DNA of 64,000 nt, from NCBI RefSeq assembly GCF_006345805.1, contig NC_043000.1:35588001-35652000 (forward strand), read 5' to 3'. Under the pieces are notes generated by a model. That model was not told where the DNA came from. It saw nothing but the letters and a program-made list of their open reading frames with translations, and ran no database searches. Shown here piece after piece: positions 10,435 through 22,389 of the stretch; within the stretch, counting starts at the first letter, position 1, and each line of letters begins with the position of its first letter. This DNA is from Octopus sinensis. Lineage: Eukaryota. A program made the position numbers and the translations under genes.

Positions 10435-11500
10435 TAGCTGCTAGAATAAGAATAGCCTGGGCAAAGTTCAGAGAGCTCTTACCTCTACTGGTGACAAAGT
10501 GTCTCTCGCTCAGAGTAAAAGGCAGATTGTATGACGCATGTGTATGAATAGCTATGCTACATGGCAGTGAAACATGGGCCGTGACTGCTGAGGACATCTG
10601 TAAGCTCACAAGGAATGAAGCCAGTATGCTCCGATGAATGTGTAATGTCAGTGTGCATACTCGACAGAGTGTTAGTACCTTGAGAGAATAGTTGGACCTG
10701 AGAAGCATCAGATGTGGTGTGCAAGAGAGACGACTGTGCTGGTATGGCCAGGTGGTAATAATGGATGTGGATAGCTGTGTGAAAAAGTACCAGAACCAAG
10801 CGGTTGAGGGAACCTGTAGAAGAGGTAGACCCAGGAAGACCTGGGATGAGGTGGTGAGGCATGACCTTCAAACATTGGGCCTCACCGAGGCAATGACTAG
10901 TGACTGGGACCTTTGGAGATATGCTGTGCTTGAGAAGACTCAGCAAACCAAATGAAATCATAACCTCATGGCATATGCTAGGGGTGTAACCAGCCCACTT
11001 ATGCATACCTTTCCTTCATTGAACACTAAACTCTCTTTGCGAAGACCTGCTGAGGCAAGTGAAATCGAAATCGAAATTGAAATTGAAATCAAATTCGGTG
11101 ACTGGCATCCGTACTAGTGGAGTGCTTAGAGTACCATATGAGCGTGATCTTTGCCAGAGCAACAAGCTGGCCTCCATGCTAGTGGCATGTGAAAAACACT
11201 ATCCGAGCATGATCGTTACCTGCGTCAGCTTACTGGCACTTGAAAAAACATTTGAGTGAGGTCATTGCCGGTGCCGCTGGACTGGCTGCTGTGCAGGTGG
11301 CGCCTAAAAAGCACCATTTGAGCGTGGCCATTGCCAGTACTGCCTGACTGGCCCTCGGAGTCGTTGATGTTAGGAAAGGCATCCAGCTGTAGAAACTTTG
11401 CCTGATCAGATTGGAGTCTGCTGCAGCCATCTGGTTCTCCAGACCTCAGTCAAATCGCCCAACCCATGCTAGCATGCAAAGCAGACGTTAAATGATGATG
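10435..11500 (+). mobile_element. RTE LINE 3' end (ORF C-terminus plus 3' UTR), pseudogenised
   Basis: ARIRIAWAKFRELLPLL...MLHGSETWAV...RRLCWYGQV...CRRGRPRKTWDEVV (RTE C-terminal signature), then the repeat-unit 3' UTR and (GAT)n. Confidence 0.9.
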
Positions 11501-11509
11501 GTATATATA

Positions 11510-11950
11510 TATATATATGAATTTTTTGCGTTATAAGATAAAAAAAACCAAGGCTGTGTAGATACTAGAGCATTTATAGATAGAGGTCTTACAGCTGTTT
11601 CTAGGATATTTATTAATTATCTCCCTTCATCAGAGATGGTATGAGAGGATGGTTAAGTCATAGTTAGTTTTAGATGTGATACAAAATAGAGAGTGAGGTG
11701 GAGGAAAGAAAATTGATGCTAGATATGTATGGATATTGAAGTTGTAAATCCAAACTTCAATATCCATACATATAAAATATCCATACATCTAAAACTAACT
11801 ATGACTTAACCATCCTCTCACACCATCTCCGATGAAGGGATATAATTAATAAATATCCTAGAAACAGCTGTAATACCTTCTATCTATAAATGCTCTAATA
11901 TCTATACAGCCTTGGCTTTTTTATCTTATAATGCAATAAATTCCTATATA
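11510..11950. mobile_element. Fold-back Penelope-like terminal repeat remnant with a hammerhead-like motif in each arm
   Basis: ~165-bp arms 11512-11676 and 11786-11950 are reverse complements. Each carries C(T/C)GATGA...GAAACAGCTGTA. Flanked by TA-rich sequence. Confidence 0.75.
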
Positions 11951-12059
11951 CACATGCTGACATAGAACCAACATTGAACCCCTTATTCGCAAAATTACCG
12001 AATCTGGAATTTAACTACGGTTTCTCTATAGCACTTATTTAGTATTACCTGACACTTTT

Positions 12060-12577
12060 GGGTCGAAAGTTGGACTTCACAGAGGCAATGACGAAAGACT
12101 GAGACCTCTGGAGATATGCTGTGACTGCAAAGACCCGACAAATGAAGTGAGTTCATGGCTCGCAGGACGGCCTGCTGTGCTTGAGGAAACCTATTGAGTC
12201 ATGTACATCAACATCAAATTAAAAATCAAATGGAAATTATAGTTGTGATACCCATACCAGTGGCACGTAAAAAACACCATCCGAACGTGGCCGATGCCAG
12301 CGCCAACTTGACTAGCGTCCATGCCGGTGGAATGCAAAAAGCTCCAGCTGATCATGGCCGTTGCCAAGCTCCTCTGGCCCCTGTGCCAGTGGCACGTAAA
12401 AAGCACCCACTACACTCATGGATTGGTTTGTGTTAGGGAGGGCATCCAGCCGTAGAAACATTGCCAGATCAGACTGGGGCCCAGTGCAGCCATCTAGCTG
12501 GCCAGTCCCCAGTCAAACCATCCAACCCATGCTAGCATGAAAAACGGACGTTAAACAATGATGATGATGATGATGAT
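12060..12577 (+). mobile_element. RTE LINE 3' fragment
   Basis: acagaggcaatgacgaaagactgagacctctggagatatgctgtg (ORF end), two repeat units, ggaagggcatccagc-type motif, (GAT)n tail. Confidence 0.8.
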
Positions 12578-13274
12578 ATATATATATATATAACATGTAT
12601 ATGTCATATGTATATACAATAGCAGTTTAGTAAGTCTTTTCCCTTTGTTCCTAATCATTGTCCCAGTGCTTACCGTGGTTTTTACAATGGAAATCCTGTA
12701 GGAATGATGTGGGAGGGATACACAGAGGAAACGCTCCTTGGGAATCAACAAGCTCTAACTTGATCAACCAACAATGCTGATTGTTTAGAAAATGGTCGCT
12801 TCTTTTGTCTTTTCAACTTAGAGTCAGTCATAGAATACTTGAAATTACCATTCACTATTGATACAAAAACTAAAGAGAAAGATATTTCTTGTAACTATAA
12901 ATGACATGAATAAAAAATCGTTTTTGTATCTCCAGGATCTTTGATGTGAAATCATGAAGCAGATTTTGTTGTATCTTGGTAGGGTCACTATGCCAGTAAG
13001 AAACATACACTAGTTGTATTTCACTTCTGATTGACCTGGAGTAGTGAGAAAATAGCATTTATGAGGTTGTGGATGGTGCTGAAAGGACTATGATGAATTT
13101 CATTGACTGAGCGATTAATAAAATAGCCAATTAGTTAATTAAGTAAATGGTTAACTAATTGACTAACAATAATAAAAGAAGTGAAACAGAACCAATGCCT
13201 GTATGTGTTTCTTATTGGCATGATGGTCCTCCCAAGACACAACAAAAACAGTTCGTGTGTCTAAAATACAAGTG

Positions 13275-13560
13275 AAGGTGCATGGCCTGGTGTTTAGGGC
13301 ATTGTACTCCTGATTGCAAGATCGTGGGTTCGATTCCCAGACCAAGTAGTGTGTTGTGTTCTTGAGCAAAACATCTTCATCCCATGGTGTTCCAGGCCAC
13401 TCAACTGTAAATGGGTCCACCCTGTGATGGAATAGCCTTCTGATCAGAGGAATGCTGACCTGCTCATCTCGCCAGTGGGGTGGAGTCATTTGAAAGCTAA
13501 GACCAATGCAAAGTGTATTGTGACCAGTGATGTATAACAAGAGCTGATAGTCTGGATGAT
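13275..13560 (+). mobile_element. tRNA-derived SINE family G (degenerate; related minus copy ~47210-47420)
   Basis: Head with B-box gggttcgattcc, then the shared core gtgttcttgagcaaaaca. Confidence 0.6.
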
Positions 13561-13699
13561 ACTGTGAAGATACAAGTATACACACAAATGGACTTGCTCT
13601 GTAAACATACAAATATACACATTCATACAAATATACACATATACATACAAATATATGCATTCACTTATTGATTCATGGATGAGACAAATGTCTTGAAAC

Positions 13700-14030
13700 C
13701 AGTGGCAGACTGGGTCTAAAAATATTGGTTGCCAGAAGACTAAGGGGGCCCATCGGCCACTACAACGGGGCCCACCCGCAATGACAAGGGGGCCCACCCG
13801 CAACTACAATGGTATTATTTATTTTTTTGTTAAAAATATTCTTTTCAACTGTCTACAAACACAGCCAGGCTGAAATAATTATTGCATTCTTCCAGAAGTG
13901 AATAAAAAAATACTCAAACTTGAGGAGATGGACCCCTTAGATACTAACATGAGACCACATGTATGGATTCTAATGGTGCAGGGGCCCATTTGCCATCCGG
14001 CAAGCTGGCAATCTGGTCAGTCCACCACTG
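13700..14030. mobile_element. hAT-type MITE
   Basis: TIRs cagtggcagactg / cagtccaccactg. 8-bp flanks cttgaaac / cttctaac (6/8). Confidence 0.7.
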
Positions 14031-14049
14031 CTTCTAACTACACATATAC

Positions 14050-15215
14050 TTGACCATAAGACGCCCTTGACAGTTGTGGGGGAGGGTCCCGCTGAAAGTG
14101 TAGCTGCTAGAATAAGAATAGCCTGAGCAAAGTTCAGAGAGCTCTTACCTCTTTACTGGTGACAAAGGGCCTCTCGCTCAGAGTAAAAGGCAGATTGTAT
14201 GACGCATGTGTATGAACAGCCATGCTACATGGCAGTGAAACATGGGCCGTGACTGCTGAGGACATGCGCAAGCTCGCAAGGAATGAAGCCAGTATGCTCC
14301 GATGGATGTGTAATGTCAGTGTAGATACTCGACAGAGTGTTAGTGCCTTGAGAGAATAGTTGGATCTAAGAATCATCAGATGTGGTGTGCAAGAGAGACG
14401 ACTACGCTGGCATGGGCCTGTGGCGAGAATGGATGAGGATAGCTGTGTGGAAAAGTGTGACACCCTAGTAGTTGAGGGAACCTGTAGAAGAAGTAGACCC
14501 AGGAAGACCTGGAATGAGGTGGTGAAGCATGACCTTTGAACATTGGGCCTCACCGAGGCAATGACTAGTGACCGGGACCTCTGGAAACATACTGTGCTCG
14601 AGAAGACTTGGCAAGCACAAGTGAGACCATAACCTTGTGGCCTATGCTAGGGGTGTAACCAGCCCACTTGTGAGCACCTTTCCTTCAGTGAACACTAAAC
14701 TCTGCTTGCGAAGACTTGTTGAGGCAAGTGAAATTGAAATTGAAATCAAATTCGATGACTGGCATCTGTGCTAGTGGAGCGCTAAGAGTACCATCTGAGC
14801 GTGATCATTGCCAGAGCAGCTAACTGGCTTCCATGCCAGTGGCACATAAAAAGCACCATTTGAGCATGATCGTTATCAGTGTTGCTTTACTGGCATTTGT
14901 GCCAGTGGCACGTGAACAGAACATTCGAGCGAGGTCGTTGCCAGTGCCACTGGACTGGCTCCTGTTTAGGTGGCACGTAATAAACACTATTAGAGTGTGG
15001 ATGTTGCCAGTACTGCCTGACTGGCCCTTGTACTGGTGGCACATAAAAGCACCCACTACACTCTCGGAGTGGTTGGCGTTAGGAAGGGCATCCAGCTGTA
15101 GAAGCTCTACCAGATCAGATTGGAGCCTGGTGCAGCCATCTGGTTCACCAGTCCTCAGTCGAATCGTCCAACCCATGCTAGCATGGAAAGTGGACGTTAA
15201 ACGATGATGATGATG
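14050..15215 (+). mobile_element. RTE LINE 3' end (ORF C-terminus plus complete 3' UTR with ~4 divergent repeat units)
   Basis: Same C-terminal coding remnant as 10435-10953, followed continuously by the 3' UTR and (GAT)n. Shows that the abundant (CAT/GAT)-tailed repeats are LINE 3' ends. Confidence 0.9.
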
Positions 15216-15413
15216 CCTGAATAGCCAAGAGTGGATCTCTTCACTAAGCTGGCTCATATTATCTGCATACACAGCAAGAATATCAGGTGTTGGCACTTCT
15301 GTACTGCGTTTCATCTACACTTAACGTTGTTTGGCTGTGCATATTGTTCCGACTTCACAAGGTGATTCAATTTAAGTACCTAATTCAACTGAATCTTGAT
15401 TGTATTTTATACA

Positions 15414-15450
<37 letters not shown>

Positions 15451-15873
15451 GGCTGTGTGGTTAGGGAGCTTGCTTCCTAGCTACATGGTTTCGGGTTCAG
15501 TCCCACTGCATGGCACTTTGGGTAGGTGTCTTCTGCTATAGCCCCAAGCCGACCGAAGCTTTGTGATTGAATTCGGCAGGCGGAAGTTACTGCCGTGTGT
15601 GTATATGTGCGTGTAGGTGCTTGTGCCTCTCCGAAAGAGAGAGAGAGGGATATATATATATATATTATATTGTGTATGTGTGTGTGTGTGTGTTTATAAA
15701 AATATCATATATAGGCACAGGAGTGGCTGTGTGGTAAGTAGCTTGCTTACCAACCACATAGCTCCAGTTTCAGTACCACTGAATGGCACCTTGGGCAAAT
15801 GTCTTCTACTATAGCCTTGTGCCAACCAAAGCCTTGTGAGTGGATTTAGTAGGCAGAAACTGAAAGAAGCCTG

Positions 15874-15909
<36 letters not shown>

Positions 15910-15986
15910 AATAATATATAAATATATGCATATATACATACATATATGTACATACCGACATATATATGTATATATACATGCATATA

Positions 15987-16276
15987 TGGGTACAGGACAT
16001 GAAAAAAACCATTGAACACAATGAGAAATGAAAACATAAAAACAAAAACATAGAAACAAGCTATTTTCGAAAAACGAAAAAACAGAGAAATGAGACATAC
16101 AACATAAAGAATATTCCCCTTCTTCAGTTGTCCTTGTTTCATCTACTCCACATTTCGAAGGTAAGGACAAGACGCGACTTTGTTGAAACAGTCCTTCCCG
16201 CAAACCAAATTAAATAAAATTTGCGATTTTTTGCGACGGGTGAAAGTGGTAACAAGAACAGGACAGTGAGAACAAA
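15987..16276 (-). mobile_element. Repeat fragment inserted in (TA)n, probably PLE-derived; homologous to ~36385-36580 (+)
   Basis: Shared gac(g/a)actga(t/a)gaaggg(g)aat..tctttatgttg..tgtctcatttctct...ttcgaaaa motif in both copies. PLE assignment is an inference. Confidence 0.5.
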
Positions 16277-16339
16277 TATATATATATATATATGTATGTA
16301 TATATATACACACATATACCTCTATATATTTATATAGAT

Positions 16340-17069
16340 ATACTTTTAAAAATAAAAATAGGATGAACTCTGCAGGGCTAAGTACGTATATCTGGGAACT
16401 CAAGAGTAAGAACATAGATTTTAAACTAGATTGGGAAATACTAACATCTGCACCTGTATACAATAGTAGAAATAAAAAAATGCTCTTTATGTATCAATGA
16501 AATTTTCTTCATCATCAAAGCCAGCCAACCCATTATTAACAGCATTAATGAGCAAAATTTTTTTTGCCTTCACAAATTGGCGTACACTTTCTCTAGATAT
16601 AAATAACATCTAATTCTTCTACCAGTAGCCTTTTAGCATTCATCTATATAGGACTGTACTATTGGTCCTTACAATTTATAATTTATAACTTTTGTGTCTC
16701 CATGTTATTCTGATATATGCATGATATTCGGAACCCCACAGAGTCTTTTATAGGTGTAAGATGTATAGGTGCATCATATCTTAGGGCACTAGTTTGAGTT
16801 TTTAATATACCAATATGTAATATGTAAGAGTCTATAATTACTATAAGTTGTTTATCTCGATGAGCATATAATGTGGGATTCCCTCTTTTTTTTTTTTACG
16901 GTTGGTTTATTGGGGGTTGTGCGAGGGAGTGCACGCACATGTATGTGCATGTGGGTGCACCCCGGCGTATCCACTTATACTTACTATATTAGGTTTATCT
17001 TTGTGCCCTCCTTAATTTGTGTTCCATTTTATTTATCTATTTATCTATACATGGATATGTGTATGTATG

Positions 17070-17120
<51 letters not shown>

Positions 17121-18621
17121 ATATATACATATTCATATTTATTTATTTAATTATTTATTTTTGTTTATTTGGCACTTACTAATCTATAATTAATTTAACT
17201 TATAATTAATAAACTTATTCTAAATTAATAGTAACCTCTGTAGGTGTGTGAAAATGTGTATGTGGAAGTATATATGTTTTTGTACATATGGGTATGATCG
17301 TGGGTGGATGTACGGATGTATGTTTTTATTACACATATAAGCACGCAGGTGCGTGCTTGGTTGTGTATATATGTATATGCGAATATTCATTCATGGGTAG
17401 ATATAAATATATGTTTTATTTTTACGTATGAGTGCACAGATATATATTTAAAAAAATATATATATGTGTGTGTGTGAAAGTTCCCTGACACAGTATAGGA
17501 AAGTGTATTAATATTTATGCATATATGCGGATGTGTGTGTGAGTGTGTGTGTCAGTGTTAGACACTGCTGCCTGTACTGATATGTCTATAAGCAACACAA
17601 TGACAGACATGCACTCTCTAATTTATTGTAGAGATGTGTCGGGGTATATTCATGTGTGTGTGAATCTCTGTGTGGATGTTTGGGTTTAGGGTTAGATGTG
17701 GATGTGTATGTTTTGCTTGTACGGTGTGGTGGAGGTCAGGCGGTTCTCAATTGACCAATCGTGAGGAAGATATTGATAATTTTAAATTCAAATCCAATAG
17801 TATATTTATGCCATAAGGAAAATTATTAACTGGAACACGGACATACATATATTCTGCTCTGGATCATAATGTAAGAGTTATTAATAATATTATGAATGAT
17901 AACAATGATAACATTAATTGTATTGACAACGATAATGATACTAACTTTAATGACACTTTGGAAACTATTATGAAGTAATATAATGTACTATTGACTATGT
18001 ATATTTACATCTAGGTATTATTTTGTGTATGCTTATTATCACAATATTAAGTCGAAAAACTGAGACATTGGGTGTGGAACACATATATATGTTTACTAAT
18101 TTATATTATTTATTTATATCATTATGTAAATGTATATTTTTTATATGTATAGGAGTGTGAGTATATGCACTCATATGTATATATATATATTGTATTGTGG
18201 GTACGCACCCACACCCATGTGGGTATATGTGTAGACTGTGTTATATTACATAATCTCCGAAGAGGCCTTGTGATATTTTTGTTAATGTCTCATTTATATC
18301 TATATATTGACCAACCATAAAGGGCTAATATTGGTAAAATGAGACATAATTATCGACATGGCCGAAACAGCTGTAAGATCAAATTTATACTTATATTTAT
18401 ATTTACTTGTATTTATATTCTTTTTATATATATTCTAATTATTATACAACATTACTCTTTTATGTACACTTTTTTATGTACACTCCTTTATGTACACTGA
18501 TTTGTTCTGCTTTTTATATTTAACCCTACAGTCTCTTATGTGGTGGTTTAATAAAGTATATGATTGAGTATTATCTAGTAATTGATATTTGATTTAGATG
18601 TATTTCTCCATTTTCTTATCT

Positions 18622-18623
<2 letters not shown>
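16340..18623 (+). mobile_element. 5'-truncated Penelope-like element: GIY-YIG endonuclease C-terminus, long GT/TA-rich 3' region, hammerhead motif
   Basis: 16363-16606 reads MNSAGLSTYIWELKSKNIDFKLDWEILTSAPVYNSRNKK/(+1 frameshift in A-run)CSLCINEIFFIIKASQPIINSINEQNFFCLHKLAYTFSRYK*, matching the PLE motif LSxYIWxLK...W.I...CxLCxxE...N...CxH. Hammerhead-like motif at 18253-18379. Both ends abut (TA)n. Confidence 0.8.
18253..18379 (+). ncRNA. Type I minimal hammerhead ribozyme-like motif with long stem II
   Basis: AUCU-CCGAAGA-GGCC...(~90 nt folding back, including AUGUCUCAUUU/AAAUGAGACAU)...GGCC-GAAA-C-AGCU-G-UA-AGAU. All hammerhead helices can pair. The core has C in place of U4. Confidence 0.7.
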
Positions 18624-18900
<277 letters not shown>

Positions 18901-19459
18901 GTGTCTCTGTTTGTCCCCCATCATCGCTTGACAACTGATGTTGGTGTGTTTATGTCCCTCTAACTTAGTGGTTCGGCAAAAGACACTGCTAGAATAAGTA
19001 CTAGGCTTACAAAGAATAATTCGTGGGGTTGATTTGTTCGACTAAAGGCAGTGTTCCAGCATGGCCACAGTCAAATGACTGAAACAAATAAAAGAATGTA
19101 TATATATATATATATTATTGTCTTTTAACTGAATTCAACAAGCAACAAACTCACCTCTAAACAGAAGAGAAGCAGGACTTTTCTCACTTTACAAACCTGA
19201 AAGATAAATAAAAGTAAAAAAAAGAATGAAAGAAAGGAATTTTGGGATTGGTTGAGTAGTTGTGGAAGGGTTCAAGGATAGATAGAGAGAGAAAGAGAGG
19301 AAGAAAAGAAAGAATAATTGACAAGAGAGAAATACAAAGAGAGAGAGAGAGAGAGTTAATGAGGAGGAAAAGATAGAGAGGTCCAAGTAAGAGAAAACAA
19401 CATCCTTAGATGAATAATAATAGGATGTTGTTAGTAATAGGATGTGTGCTAGATATGTA

Positions 19460-19468
19460 ATTGTACCT

Positions 19469-19499
<31 letters not shown>

Positions 19500-19797
19500 C
19501 TATCTATCTATCTATGTATGTAGGTATGTATGTAGGTATGTATGTGTGTGTGTGTATGTGTGTGTGTGTTGTTAGTAATAGGATGTGTGCTAAATATGTA
19601 ATTGTACTTTGTGTGTATGTATGTATGTATGTATGTATGTATGTATGTATGTATGTATGTATGTATGTATGTATGTATGTATGTATGTGTGTGTGTATGT
19701 ATGTATATATGTATATATGCATGCATGTATGTATGTATGTATGTGTGTGTATGTATGCATGTATGTATGTATGTGTATGTGTGTGTGTATGTATGTC
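19460..19797. repeat. (TGTA)n/(TG)n compound microsatellite with a slippage-duplicated ~45-bp unique segment
   Basis: gttgttagtaataggatgtgtgcta(g/a)atatgtaattgtac occurs at ~19426 and ~19569, separated by the repeat tracts. Confidence 0.85.
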
Positions 19798-19943
19798 AGG
19801 TCATACTTGGTGGTATTGGTAACATGAAACCCAGTACAGTTTGTTCATGACTAAACTGGCAATATTATGGCGCCTGGATGGTCGGGAGGGGTTTCAGAGA
19901 CTCCTAGCGTTTGTTTAGACATGTGTTTCTAGAAGGAAAATTC

Positions 19944-20490
19944 TGATGTAACATCTGTGACTCTGTTTGCATCCAATGCTGTGGACTTGTTCTTCTTTTT
20001 GGAAGAATGCATATGTAGCGAGGCACAAGAAGCCAGTGCCATTTTGTATGAGAACTCATCGGTAGCCATTACCATGTCCAAGACTGGAGCGAGATCTTGC
20101 CTGCAACCATTTGCCATGCACAAGACGACAACAAGACTCTCGTCGGCAACGACTATTTAAGCAGGAGAATTTAGACATTCTTTCTCTTTCTTCCTTCTTG
20201 CTTACGCTGAGAAACACTGTGAAGCGGGCAACTCACAGCAGACTCTTATCCTGCTCTACTTCACCTGTTATCTCCAGATGTATTGAACCTCACATGAATG
20301 GAGCTATAACGAACCACATGCTTCCATAAAGATAGTTACTGGGAGTGAGCCACACGAACGAGAACTCAAAATAAATGACTATTGAATTGCACTCTGCTTG
20401 TAAACTTCTTCTTTTTGTTCCAGATCCTTAAGACTACCGAAATAATTATAATGGGAGAAGGAGATACTCCACAGGTATTATAAATCTTCA
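19944..20490 (+). mobile_element. Possible solo LTR
   Basis: TG...CA ends (tgatgtaaca / taaatcttca), 4-bp flanks attc/attc, internal tatttaag and aataaa. No internal retroelement sequence, and a 4-bp match can arise by chance. Confidence 0.35.
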
Positions 20491-20654
20491 ATTCCATTAT
20501 ACATATGTTCTTTTCTACTCTGGGCACAAGGCCCAAAAGTTTGGGGGAAGGGGCCAATTGATTAGAATTCATATGTTGATAGAGAGTGGAATTATCCCTG
20601 TGCAAGGTTTTTCTTTATTTTAAAAAACTTTTGGCACTGACATCGTTTGAGTTT

Positions 20655-21005
20655 TAAGATCTCTACCATGTGACGCTCGTTATGGCTGGTATGGCTCTCT
20701 ATCAATTATGACGACAAAGATTCCGGTTGATCTGATCAATGGAACTGCCTGCTCATAAAATTAACAAGTGAGTGGCTGAGCACTCCACAGACATGAGTAA
20801 TCTTAACGTAGCTCTCAGGGAGATTCAGCAGACACAGAATGTGACAAGGCTGGCCCCTTTGAAATACAGGTACCACTCATTTTTGTTAGTTGAGTGGACT
20901 GGAGCAATGTGAAGAAGTAAAGTAACTTGCTCAAGAATACAATGTGCAGCCTGGAATCAGACTTACAATCTTACAATCACAAGCTGAATGCCCTGGCCAT
21001 TAAGC
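20655..21005 (-). mobile_element. tRNA-derived SINE family E
   Basis: Reverse complement of the 39364-39670 element (ccggttgatctgatcaatggaac...gagtggactggagcaatgtgaa...). Confidence 0.75.
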
Positions 21006-21467
21006 TTCTCAGATTCTCTACGAATGGTCATATAAAAATAGGTTCATGAACGGTTGTATCGTATAAGAGACACAGTCGCACGCGATCCCATTCTTAATAA
21101 GCCTTTACTGACCAGTTTTACATGCAGCGGCAAAACACATAAGTGTGGAATTTGGTTCACAGTTCATGTTAGTATCAGCCTGGCAACAGGTAATAACAGA
21201 TGGCTTAAGGTAGTTCTTAGAAGAAACTAGAACCCAAGAACAGATAATTGATTTACCGTTTATGAGGTACAGCGTAAGAGTTCCATATCAAGATGTTGCA
21301 TCTCGCAGTTGAGATTAATTGAATCACTCATTGTGTTTATCTTTCTCTTGATATGAGTATACTTCCAGATATATTAACTGTAGCCGTTTTTTCCGTGGCG
21401 AGAATTTCACCTAACCGCTATAGCTGAATCTGTAGTTGTCTTGTGTACAAATTAAATCTTCGATGTT

Positions 21468-21942
21468 TGTCGATTGGTTCTTGCTGCGTCTTCATTATAT
21501 ATTTTGCTTGGTTATTTTTCTCTAGTTATAGATATCTCGTAACAGTTCTTTTCGTGGTGATATTTTCACACTAACAGTATGAGAGGTATCTGTAACATCT
21601 TGTATTAATTGTGGTCGCCTGCCTTTCGAACTGGAACTTGGTCAAGTATGCTCTGTGTGGTCAGAGGTTTGCCCTGAGAAGGACTGGAAACCTAAGACCA
21701 GCTCTGTGGTCAGAGACTTAGCTCTGAAAAGAACTAAAAGCCTAAGACGAATATTTGTCTGAAAAACCTTCTTTATATAAGGTTTATACGGCTCCAAATG
21801 AACTTCAGAAATGGAAAGCTGTGATTGGCTGCTTGGAACTATGGCACGAAAATAAGCGGAGGCAAATCGCGTCACGTGATAACCAGCGGTGCGAACGTAG
21901 TAGAGACCAACGTGACAGCCAATCGAATTAGTGTTTACAACA
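21468..21942 (-). mobile_element. Possible solo LTR with 5-bp TSD
   Basis: TGT...ACA ends, flanks atgtt (21463-21467 and 21943-21947). The minus strand has CCAAT boxes, cacgtg and tatataaag. CpG-rich. Confidence 0.45.
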
Positions 21943-22009
21943 ATGTTGAACTAGCCGAAGATGTTTGTAATCTCGAATGAGATTATTCTTAATACTCTTC
22001 TCAAACAGT

Positions 22010-22230
22010 GAAGATAGCGATGAGAGAACGATATTGCTACAGTCATAACCAAGAAAGGCAAAACACACGACGAAAAATTACATGATAAAATAAAGGTACT
22101 TGTCAATGCGGGTGGTAAGCTCTCTTTATACCTCCTACAAGAAGTACTCATCATGGTCACATCCCCTGTAAAAGAGTGTGGGTCTCGAGTAGGACTGAAA
22201 AGCCACATCTCTGCAACTCATGTTTAAAAG
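22010..22230 (+). mobile_element. RTE (BovB-like) LINE extreme C-terminal fragment
   Basis: tgtaaagagtgtgggtctcgagtaggactgaaaagccac = CKECGSRVGLKSH, resembling the RTE terminal C-C-H motif SRIGLxSH. Confidence 0.5.
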
Positions 22231-22389
22231 AACAATCCTGTGATGGCATTGCATGAAATTGAGTGGCAGCCATCATGTATGTATATATGTGTGTGTGTGT
22301 GTGTATGTATGTATGTGTGTGTGTATGTATGTATTTATATGTGTGTGTGTATATATGTATGTATAAATGTATATATGCTTCTTATGCCC

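Noticed and set aside
19442-19850. Many MYVC/HTYI-type ORFs here and at 2217, 3076, 16871, 18707, 22240, 36437, 46833
   Set aside because: Translations of (TA)n/(TGTA)n/(TG)n microsatellites.
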